From the IMG/VR virus record IMGVR_UViG_3300017778_007091, positions 24,412 through 88,411 of that record: a stretch of 64,000 nucleotides of DNA. The stretch is one strand, 5' to 3'. Below are positions 54,974 through 62,919 of the stretch, one piece after another. The DNA comes from a virus (Duplodnaviria > Caudoviricetes). Position 1 is the first letter of the stretch, and every line of letters starts with the position of its first letter. The position numbers and the translations under genes were made by a program. The notes beneath the pieces were generated by a model. It did no database searches. It had not been told where the DNA came from and was given only the letters and a program-made list of their open reading frames with translations.

Positions 54974-56380
54974 TCACTCCCAGGGACGCTTAATATGCCT
55001 TCCCCACCCTATGTGCCTCACATAACCTTTAGGATCTTGCGTAATAGACGCATAAATGCCTGCTTTCTGGTAAAGCTTATTAATATTATACTCAGACTCA
55101 TTGACATAGGCTGAAAGTGGCGAAAACATGAGCGCATGATTTGTGCTTCTAAGGCCAGGATTAAATGTGAAACCGCCCCATGAGTAATTTCCATATCTAA
55201 AGTCTCTACTCATCTCTTTGCCATATTTTCCATTTACAACAGGATGGTCATTAGTGTCGTTATGTGCCCTTAACCAGACTGTGAATATCTTAGGGTCATT
55301 ATTGAGTAACTCAAACGATGCTTCGATGAATCCTTTTTTATAGAATTCCCAATCTTCTTCGCAATGAAATATGAAGTCTGTCTTTACTTTAGAGTAAGCT
55401 CTATCAATTGAAGCAGCTTGACCTATATTTTTTTCGTTATACAATAGTGTTACTTTATCTCTAGGAAGAATATCATAACAAAAATCATTGATACCGTTTT
55501 TTCCAGAGTCTTCAACTATGATGAATTCTTCAATGGGGTATGTATTAAAAATCAAAAAAGACTCTAATGTCTGTCTAAGAAGATCGGGCCTATTACATGA
55601 TGTAATTACGACAGTAACTTTATTGCACAGATTCAAATTTTGACATGAAAGATCTGTATCTTGAACTTCATTTACATCATATTTTTTAAAATAATCAAGA
55701 TCTCTTTTTAAGCCAACATGATCAAACCAATTATTGACATCGCCTCTAGTCATTTTTACATTAGAAAAATATTCCCATGATTGAATTGCATAGTGATTAA
55801 TCCATGCATCGTCACAAGTGATAGTTTTACCCGCAACATTGCATTGATGAACGTCAAACGCTTTTAAATCACTTGTCTTTACTATGAATTTCATCCCATA
55901 ATAGCTAACTGTTGGCCCATTATCCATTTTTGCTCTATTCGTAAATGATTGGACAACGCTTCTTGGTTGATAAACATGCCCAGACGAACCAAAATGCTTC
56001 CATTTAACTATGATCTGCGATGCATCTTCATTTTTTTGAAGTAAATCTTTGACATTTAAGCTCTTTTCATAGATAAAGAATTCATCTAAATCAAATACTG
56101 CCAGCCATTTACAGACTTTTCTTGCTTCTGTTAGGTAATCTTGATATATTGATATCTGGCGGCCGACGTTTTTTGTATTCAAATCATTGTTGTATAAAGT
56201 TACTTTTCCTTCATCAATGAAAGTCTCAATAAGTGGAAAAAAATTATCTGTGCTACCATCGTTTATCAAATAAATATGATCAAATCCATGAGAAAGGTAA
56301 TGTGTAATCCACTCTCTTAAGACGTGTGATTCATTCTTAAAAACTGCAGCAACTGCAATTTCAAATTTATTATGACTCAT
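54974..56380 (-). CDS. Two-domain glycosyltransferase (GT92/GT2_4-like + GT2-like)
   Basis: N-terminal AVFKNE...REWI.HY...GFDHIYL.NDGSTD..WL..FDLDEF; C-terminal VITSCNRPDLL..TLESF..IFHCEEDWEF. Confidence 0.85.
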   Translation of the reverse strand: MSHNKFEIAVAAVFKNESHVLREWITHYLSHGFDHIYLINDGSTDNFFPLIETFIDEGKVTLYNNDLNTKNVGRQISIYQDYLTEARKVCKWLAVFDLDEFFIYEKSLNVKDLLQKNEDASQIIVKWKHFGSSGHVYQPRSVVQSFTNRAKMDNGPTVSYYGMKFIVKTSDLKAFDVHQCNVAGKTITCDDAWINHYAIQSWEYFSNVKMTRGDVNNWFDHVGLKRDLDYFKKYDVNEVQDTDLSCQNLNLCNKVTVVITSCNRPDLLRQTLESFLIFNTYPIEEFIIVEDSGKNGINDFCYDILPRDKVTLLYNEKNIGQAASIDRAYSKVKTDFIFHCEEDWEFYKKGFIEASFELLNNDPKIFTVWLRAHNDTNDHPVVNGKYGKEMSRDFRYGNYSWGGFTFNPGLRSTNHALMFSPLSAYVNESEYNINKLYQKAGIYASITQDPKGYVRHIGWGRHIKRPWE

Positions 56381-57099
56381 TTAATGCCCTCGAATCTAGG
56401 AAATTCTTGCATACTCTTATGCAGATGTAAAGCAACTGTTGAGAATTTTTCTTTAATATGATCCCATCTCTCCGGTGTTGCATATCCGGGATGGAGTGTA
56501 TTAACTTCATTTTTAACATTGATAAAGAATCTATTGAGATGTGATTCATCATGCCACAAGGCAACAATGTTATTATTAACATCAGTTTCAACTTGTTGCT
56601 TAAGGATGTTAATCATATTTGCAAACTCTTGAGATTTTGCACCCCAAAGACACCCCTGCCAATAAGTCGTTAGGTCATCATTCATAGTGACATGAGCAGT
56701 ACTTGCTTCATTTCTTTCAAAGGTCGCTTTGTGCGGTTCAAATACAAAACCTGGGTGCTGGACCCCGAAATACTTCTTATTCCTAAAAAGATCACTTTCT
56801 GTTGTATCTTTCATCCAGAGCAAATCAGCATCTGCAAATACACAATTTTCTGATTTGCAGATTTCATCAATAGCATTATGGATGAAATTGAATCGAAGAA
56901 GTGTGATGAATGGCCATTGCATGTGATCTATTTTATAGACCTGCATGTCATTAGGCCAATTTGCATATTCGACATTATCTGTAAATACGTGAAATCTATT
57001 GTCTTCGCCACGAAGAAAATGAGACTTCATAGAAGCGTAATAGTTTGGTAGAAAATTAATATAATTTCCTGTGCCTATAAAGATGATTGAATTGCTCAA
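56377..57099 (-). CDS. GT6-family glycosyltransferase (ABO A/B transferase / alpha-1,3-Gal(NAc)T homolog)
   Basis: IGTGNY, FHVFTD, WPFITLLRF, VFADAD (DXD), FERNE.S.A, YWQGCLWG, ALWHDESHLNR. Likely TTG start at 57099 overlapping the GT11 stop; the track gives 57120. Confidence 0.92.
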   Translation of the reverse strand: MSNSIIFIGTGNYINFLPNYYASMKSHFLRGEDNRFHVFTDNVEYANWPNDMQVYKIDHMQWPFITLLRFNFIHNAIDEICKSENCVFADADLLWMKDTTESDLFRNKKYFGVQHPGFVFEPHKATFERNEASTAHVTMNDDLTTYWQGCLWGAKSQEFANMINILKQQVETDVNNNIVALWHDESHLNRFFINVKNEVNTLHPGYATPERWDHIKEKFSTVALHLHKSMQEFPRFEGIK

Positions 57100-57854
57100 A
57101 CTACTGCCCATCCATTGCAATAAACATCGACCCAGTCTTCAGGACCTTTAGGCCCAAACCATGTTTTAGGTGCAATTGTCATTTCACTTGACGACAACTT
57201 TGATCCCCACCAGCTAAATGATGAATTAGCTATAATGTGGTAATTACACAGAGTCATCATACAAAGTTCAACCACGTCTGTCTTATTTTCTACAAAATGA
57301 CAATCTTGAAAAATTCTATTATTTTTGCACCAATCAATATCGTCAGAAAATACTATGAACTTACAATTAGGAGATTTTTCTCTAACTAAATTAATACTTT
57401 TTGTGTAGTAATCATCACCTACATAGGGATGAGTATCATAAAACTTTAGATAGTCCCCGCGTCTAACGTGTATTGCACAGACATTATTACCGTACGCTTT
57501 GATCGCGTCTTGGGCAACACTTAGAATATCATTCTTAAATGTGAAATTTTTGCGGATTAAACTATCCTTACCAAGGAAGTATTTTTCTGATTGAAAGTAA
57601 CCTTTAATTGCACAATAATCAGGCAATTCGAACACATTTTTGTCAAATAGAAATGATCTTTCTTCGTAGATAAATTTTGCTTCTATGCTGTTAGAAAATT
57701 CACAGTCTTCTAAAGAAAAAACATCAAGTATTTGTGCACCTGTTGGGAATACAGCTTTTGTCTTTAGCACATCTGCTATTGACAAAGTTGCTGCAACTTG
57801 AAACATTTGGTTTCCTAGCCTTCCATAGCTGCCAAGCAATGGATAACTAATCAT
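57096..57854 (-). CDS. GT11 alpha-1,2-fucosyltransferase
   Basis: GRLGNQMFQ, GYFQSEKYF, AIHVRRGDY, VFSDDIDWC, CNYHIIANSSFSWWG, P..WF. Confidence 0.95.
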   Translation of the reverse strand: MISYPLLGSYGRLGNQMFQVAATLSIADVLKTKAVFPTGAQILDVFSLEDCEFSNSIEAKFIYEERSFLFDKNVFELPDYCAIKGYFQSEKYFLGKDSLIRKNFTFKNDILSVAQDAIKAYGNNVCAIHVRRGDYLKFYDTHPYVGDDYYTKSINLVREKSPNCKFIVFSDDIDWCKNNRIFQDCHFVENKTDVVELCMMTLCNYHIIANSSFSWWGSKLSSSEMTIAPKTWFGPKGPEDWVDVYCNGWAVV

Positions 57855-58594
57855 AACTCACCATAAGCAGTTCTTGATCTTACAAGTTGATCAACTCTAT
57901 TCTGGTCAACTGCGTTAATCACGTCATCGCTTATAGGATTCCACCTGTTGTAGACGTACAGGATGTTTGGTATGTAGATAAATCTTCCTGATGCCATCTC
58001 GAGCATTGGAATCATAAAAGCAACATCCCATGCTGTCTTAAAATAATATCCATCCTCATCACGCAAATCTTCATCCTTGATAGAATACCAGAGCCTACTC
58101 TTGAATGTTCTAAGATGACTTGAGATAAACTTGTACGATCTATATGAATTGTCTCTAACGACTTCAGGCGGGAAATTTCTAGGAAATGAAATTTCTCCTG
58201 TTGGCCAGTGGATAAAGCTTCCGTATGTAAGTAGAGCATTGCTCTGACTATATGCTTGATCTACCAGACTTAGCGAGTACTCACAGAAAAGATAGTCATC
58301 ACCATCAATTATCATCAAGACAGATTCAGGATCACTTTTTGCATCAAGCTTATTGAATCCCTCAACAATGTTGTGTAGCGCTTTTTTATTAGACACATTG
58401 TGAATTACACTAAATCTTGAATCTTTAAAGTGTGCAATAAACTCATCAATCTTTTCACCAGTTTTGTCTGTTGATGCATCATTGTAGATGATGCACTCAA
58501 AATTAGTGTGGACTTGTGACTTGATTGATAGGAGGCAGCGCTGTATCCAATTTTCTGTGTTATATGTCGGAACAACAATTTTAAATTTAGTCAT
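57851..58594 (-). CDS. GT2-family glycosyltransferase
   Basis: IVVPTYN...I.RCL.SI..Q, NDASTD, IDGDD. Confidence 0.9.
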   Translation of the reverse strand: MTKFKIVVPTYNTENWIQRCLLSIKSQVHTNFECIIYNDASTDKTGEKIDEFIAHFKDSRFSVIHNVSNKKALHNIVEGFNKLDAKSDPESVLMIIDGDDYLFCEYSLSLVDQAYSQSNALLTYGSFIHWPTGEISFPRNFPPEVVRDNSYRSYKFISSHLRTFKSRLWYSIKDEDLRDEDGYYFKTAWDVAFMIPMLEMASGRFIYIPNILYVYNRWNPISDDVINAVDQNRVDQLVRSRTAYGEL

Positions 58595-59325
58595 TAAATC
58601 AGCTCTTGATTAGTTGATGTATTTCTTCTATAACAATACTGCTGCTCTGCAAGTATTGTTGTTTGGCCAAACATTGCTGTTAGCCTGAAGTTAAAGTCAC
58701 TATCTTCACTTACGAGAACTCTCAGTCCTGCATTTGGTGGGTTAAATCTAATGCCCATCTCCCAAATTTGACGATAGAATAAAGCAGTTACTCCAGCTGT
58801 CTCAAAATTACCCGTATCATAGTGATTTATACCTGGAGTTTTTGATCCCTTGATGACAAGTTCTTTAACAGCATCTGCTGGAATAACAGATAATTCGTTA
58901 TTAGATTTGTGACTTATAGAAAAATTTTCGATATCTTCTTCCGACCAGCAATGATAAAAACCGCAGAGATTATGTAGAGAATTTGTCGCAATTAGACATT
59001 TAACTTGTCTTTCAATTCTTTCTGGTAATGAAATATCATCAGCATCATGAGAAGTACATAAAACAGCTTTTGAAGTTCTTATTGCCTCATTAAGGCAATG
59101 CCATTTACCCATATTTGTATTGAACGTTATTCCTCTTACTCTAGAATCTCTTTGCTTAAGAGATTCAATAATCTCATCAACACGTTGATCTTTTGAAGAA
59201 CAATCATTTATGATACAAATATCTAGATTTTTATACGATTGTGAAATTATACTTTCCACAGAAGATTCAAGAAATTTTCCGTGATTATAACAGGAAATTG
59301 CAACAAGAACTTTTGGGTCAAGCAT
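58594..59325 (-). CDS. GT2-family glycosyltransferase
   Basis: VAISCYNH.KFL..SVESI..Q.Y.N, NDCS, HDADDISLPERIERQV, EDSDF. Confidence 0.9.
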   Translation of the reverse strand: MLDPKVLVAISCYNHGKFLESSVESIISQSYKNLDICIINDCSSKDQRVDEIIESLKQRDSRVRGITFNTNMGKWHCLNEAIRTSKAVLCTSHDADDISLPERIERQVKCLIATNSLHNLCGFYHCWSEEDIENFSISHKSNNELSVIPADAVKELVIKGSKTPGINHYDTGNFETAGVTALFYRQIWEMGIRFNPPNAGLRVLVSEDSDFNFRLTAMFGQTTILAEQQYCYRRNTSTNQELI

Positions 59326-59328
59326 AAT

Positions 59329-60336
59329 TCAAATATTATTCTTCTTTCGCCAAGTTTTCATTATTTTTGGATGCTTATCACAATAAAACCAGGGCGTAGG
59401 CGTACTGAAGTTGACCTTTCTATGACAGATCCACCCGCCCATCTCCTTTTCAAGTTTTATTGCAACTTCATCAATGTCATTTTCATTGACTTCTGCCCAG
59501 GGCTTATCAAAGAATACGTTGTTTTCTGGTGTGTCATTCGGATCAGTGTTGAAAATTGAAGGCCAGTGCTTTCTCCAGTAGTCTCTATAAGAAACAACCT
59601 TACGCCTAATTGACCACCATGAATAATGATAAACACCTGGGTAATGATCAATATACATGATCATCAACTCGCCAAACTTATCAGAGATATCGCGTGTTTT
59701 ATAGTGAAGTGCTGCGTGTCTAAGATTCTCAAATTCAGGTGTCCATGTCATAGCCCATGGGACACGTTCTAATGAACTTTCGTAGATGTAATCATCTCCG
59801 TCTGATCCTTTCGAGTACATATTGCCTTTTTCATCATATGCACGCTGGTCTTTTGGAATGCCATGAATAATATCGGGATTATTTCTAGAGATTCTCCACT
59901 TCCACGTGTTAACATCAATTCTACACTTGCCTTTTGGACCCCAATATTCAAGAACAGGAAGCGCTACAAGATTCATGTCTTGTGGTAAAGCATCGCATAA
60001 GTTATGAATCTTTTGATAATCATTTTCATGCACAATTTCATCAACATCAAACTGCCAAAGAAAATCACCTGTTGAGATTTTTCTTCCTAACGTTTTTAGG
60101 TGAGAGCCTGAGTAGATTTTTAGTCTTTCATCTTCGGTCTTTTGTGCAGAATGAACCTTGAGTTTAGGTTCTTTAGCTGACCACTCAACTAATGACTCAT
60201 ATGTCCCATCACTAGAGTTATCATCGATAACAACAACCTCATTACAAAAGTCTAAATGTGACTGAATTGACTCACGCCAAGGAAAGTTCTGCGATTCACA
60301 GTTAAAGGTAAGAGTATATCCTGAAATGTTAGGCAT
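59329..60336 (-). CDS. GT2-like glycosyltransferase
   Basis: ISGY....N.....FPWRESI.S.L.FC.EVVVIDD.SSDGT; WQFDVDEIV. Confidence 0.8.
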   Translation of the reverse strand: MPNISGYTLTFNCESQNFPWRESIQSHLDFCNEVVVIDDNSSDGTYESLVEWSAKEPKLKVHSAQKTEDERLKIYSGSHLKTLGRKISTGDFLWQFDVDEIVHENDYQKIHNLCDALPQDMNLVALPVLEYWGPKGKCRIDVNTWKWRISRNNPDIIHGIPKDQRAYDEKGNMYSKGSDGDDYIYESSLERVPWAMTWTPEFENLRHAALHYKTRDISDKFGELMIMYIDHYPGVYHYSWWSIRRKVVSYRDYWRKHWPSIFNTDPNDTPENNVFFDKPWAEVNENDIDEVAIKLEKEMGGWICHRKVNFSTPTPWFYCDKHPKIMKTWRKKNNI

Positions 60337-61849
60337 TTTTAATCCGATATTTTCTAGTTGTAGGCAATACTTGTGTGACTTGGTCGAGATAAGTTAGATA
60401 TTTTTCTCTCATGATCTCACTAAGCTGTGCATTCTTATGCAAGTCCTCAGCATCTTGACCAAAGAAAGTCCCTAATTGAATTTTATCATTAGTCTCAGAA
60501 TTGATCACGTCTAGACGATCATTTTCATATTTTAGTGTGACATGCGGATAATTTCTAATTAAAGCAATCTTCCATGGCGCTTGCGTCATATCAATTGTTT
60601 GAAGTTCGTCTTTATATGTGATAAGAGGCATTGCAAGATTCTGGTGGCTCTTATGCAGATTTGAGACAACGACATTGATCAAATTTGCATGATTGTCGTC
60701 AATAACTTCATCTGGCTTGCTCAGCCAGATTAGATCAGACTTACATGAATCTCTTGCAATTTTCCAACATGCGTCAAGGTCTCTTGATTGAGATTTTATC
60801 AAGCATAACTTTGAATTATCTTTTGCAATTTCATTAAGCGCAAGTGTTGTGTCATCATTTGATCCAGCATCAACTACAACAACTTTCTCAAATACATCTA
60901 GCATGGTCTCAATTGATTCAACAAATGGCTCATTTAGAGACATGGAATCTTGTGTCACAATGCAGCCAGAGATTCCCAGATTTCTTCTATAGTATTTTTC
61001 GATGATAGACCAAAATACCCTTGGACGTGCTTTCAAATAATCACAGACGTCATCTGGTGATCCCTGCCACCATTTTTCGTTTGAGTGCTGGACATTGTCA
61101 TTGACTATGACATCGCAACCTAATAGCTTAGCTTCAATAACCATTCTTGGGCAAGTGTCGCCTCCAAGCGGAAGATAAACAAATCCCTCAGCGCTTGCTA
61201 ATTTCGAAAGAAGATCAGCATACGGAAGATTCCATACGACTTCAAAATTCTTATTGTTGTCTTGGCACCACTTGACAGCAGAATTCTTACCTTTGATCCA
61301 TGAATCAGAGCCAAGGACAACCCATCCGGATCGATCATCATTTCCACTCTTCATAATCTCGAAAGTATTAAAAAAGTCCTGATCGAATACAGAAGAAAGG
61401 ACAGTCTGGTTTCTAAATTTCAAGTAAGGAAAGTAACTATGGTATCTGTCTCTTTGCCCTTCAGACATCCAGAAGATGTGATCTGCTCCGTAATAAAAGG
61501 CTGAGACGTACTTTCCAATGACGCTATCAGCACAATCACAATCTTTTCCAGCTGAAGCTTTGTGTTTTTCTATAGACCTGTAATTGCAGAACTTGTAGTC
61601 ATATTCAAGGACAGAATAATTGACATTACCAACAATGGCAGGTATCAGATTGAAATTGATGCTTGCAAAGTTTCCAAATATCCAGTAGTCATTTTGATGC
61701 TCTTTAATGAACTCAACAGTTACATGACTTGACTTGATCTTTTTAATAGCGATTTTTGAGCTATCAATTAAGGCCTTTGTTGTAAGCTCTGCACCGCCTT
61801 CATAATCTTCTGCAAATAAGTCAGCGACAAAAATAATTTGTGTATTCAT
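60329..61849 (-). CDS. Two-domain glycosyltransferase (GT-B-like + degenerate GT2-like)
   Basis: N-terminal GGAEL..., FVYLP.GGDTCPRMVIEAKLLGC; C-terminal ISGCIV...EPFVESI..ML...EKVVVVDAGSND resembles 59329..60336. Confidence 0.75.
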   Translation of the reverse strand: MNTQIIFVADLFAEDYEGGAELTTKALIDSSKIAIKKIKSSHVTVEFIKEHQNDYWIFGNFASINFNLIPAIVGNVNYSVLEYDYKFCNYRSIEKHKASAGKDCDCADSVIGKYVSAFYYGADHIFWMSEGQRDRYHSYFPYLKFRNQTVLSSVFDQDFFNTFEIMKSGNDDRSGWVVLGSDSWIKGKNSAVKWCQDNNKNFEVVWNLPYADLLSKLASAEGFVYLPLGGDTCPRMVIEAKLLGCDVIVNDNVQHSNEKWWQGSPDDVCDYLKARPRVFWSIIEKYYRRNLGISGCIVTQDSMSLNEPFVESIETMLDVFEKVVVVDAGSNDDTTLALNEIAKDNSKLCLIKSQSRDLDACWKIARDSCKSDLIWLSKPDEVIDDNHANLINVVVSNLHKSHQNLAMPLITYKDELQTIDMTQAPWKIALIRNYPHVTLKYENDRLDVINSETNDKIQLGTFFGQDAEDLHKNAQLSEIMREKYLTYLDQVTQVLPTTRKYRIKNA

Positions 61850-61891
61850 GCGACAATAATAACATTCTTGCGCAGATTATAAAAATGTTGT

Positions 61892-62092
61892 TTACCTTGT
61901 TGTTCCAACTCTTCCGATCTTGCCGTCGGAGAGGATCTTCTTGATGTCCTTTCCTAGATCGAGCACGCCCTGCTTGAACGGCTCGATGAACACGTAGGCC
62001 GCGGCAACGATGGCGATGACGATCACGCTGATGAGCAGCATGTACTCGACGGTGGACTGGCCTTCCTCATCTTTCAAAAGTTCTTTGATCAT
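61892..62092 (-). CDS. flp: Flp/Fap type IVb (Tad) pilin
   Basis: 66 aa; leader ..KDEEG|QSTVEY with G(-1), E(+5), Y(+6) Flp motif and hydrophobic helix MLLISVIVIAIVAAAYVFI; AAGGGG SD; 36/60 GC at 61981-62040. Confidence 0.9.
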   Translation of the reverse strand: MIKELLKDEEGQSTVEYMLLISVIVIAIVAAAYVFIEPFKQGVLDLGKDIKKILSDGKIGRVGTTR

Positions 62093-62165
62093 TTAGAATC
62101 CCCTTGTTGCTGGATGATAGAAAACTCTGCTATTGAACCAGCGAATGAAGAAACTCTAGAAAACA

Positions 62166-62915
62166 TTAGACACCGTACCTGCTGCGACCAGCCTGGAAGT
62201 TAGTTGAGACCTGCCCTGCTGAGAGAGCCGTGTTGTAGACATGGAAGGCACCGAGTCTCATGTTGGAGAAAGTTCCGTCTCCTAAGTTTGTTCCGTCCGC
62301 GTGGGCGATGGCGTAGTGTAGTGGTAGGCTGCCTCCATCGTTGTAGGGAGTCGAACGTGTTATAGTGGAGGATGTAACGGCAAGCGCACCGTTGACATAA
62401 CCTCTCAGGACCGATCCATCGAACGTGAAACCTGCGTAGTACCAGGCGCTTAGTGGGGTCGATATGGTCGATGAAAATCCTGCCTGGTTGCTCCAGACAG
62501 AGAACTTCATTGTCCCAGCGACCATCTCAATCTGTGAGTCGTGCCAGGCAGAATTTGGGGTCGTCTGACCCAGCTCCTGGAGAATAACGCCGTTGTCTAT
62601 GGGATACACCCAGGCGAATATGGAGGTCACCGTTGATGTGTTCGCGGGAGAAAGCTTTGAGTTGAGGCTGGTGTTGGTCACCAGGTACTGGTTGGTGCCG
62701 TTGAACGTGAGGTAGCCAGATGCGTATGTCGGTGTGTTGAAGAGAGTTGCGTTGCTGTTAGACTGAAGATCTGTGACTGTGCTACCAGCCCCAGAGTATG
62801 ATGAAGCGTTTCCGATGTCATAGTTGAGAATGAGACCCGTTGAAACGATGCTACTTCCGCTCGTGAAAGGGCGTGTTGAGATGGGCCCCGCAAAATTTGA
62901 GAACTTTCCGTACAT
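62166..62915 (-). CDS. LamG / concanavalin-A-like lectin protein (probable fibre-tip adhesin)
   Basis: IVSTGLILNYD....SY.G.G.T.TDL, L.FNGTNQY, SI.AWV, WYYAGFTFDG..L..YVNG, AFHVYN.ALSA.QV..NF.A...RYG. Confidence 0.85.
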   Translation of the reverse strand: MYGKFSNFAGPISTRPFTSGSSIVSTGLILNYDIGNASSYSGAGSTVTDLQSNSNATLFNTPTYASGYLTFNGTNQYLVTNTSLNSKLSPANTSTVTSIFAWVYPIDNGVILQELGQTTPNSAWHDSQIEMVAGTMKFSVWSNQAGFSSTISTPLSAWYYAGFTFDGSVLRGYVNGALAVTSSTITRSTPYNDGGSLPLHYAIAHADGTNLGDGTFSNMRLGAFHVYNTALSAGQVSTNFQAGRSRYGV

Positions 62916-62919
62916 CAGA

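Noticed and set aside
48509-61849. Eukaryotic giant-virus (NCLDV) or bacterial chromosome origin of the glycan cluster
   Set aside because: It is contiguous and co-oriented with T4-like baseplate/head genes, with SD sites and Rho-independent terminators, and no bacterial housekeeping genes are present. A chimeric assembly cannot be excluded without reads.
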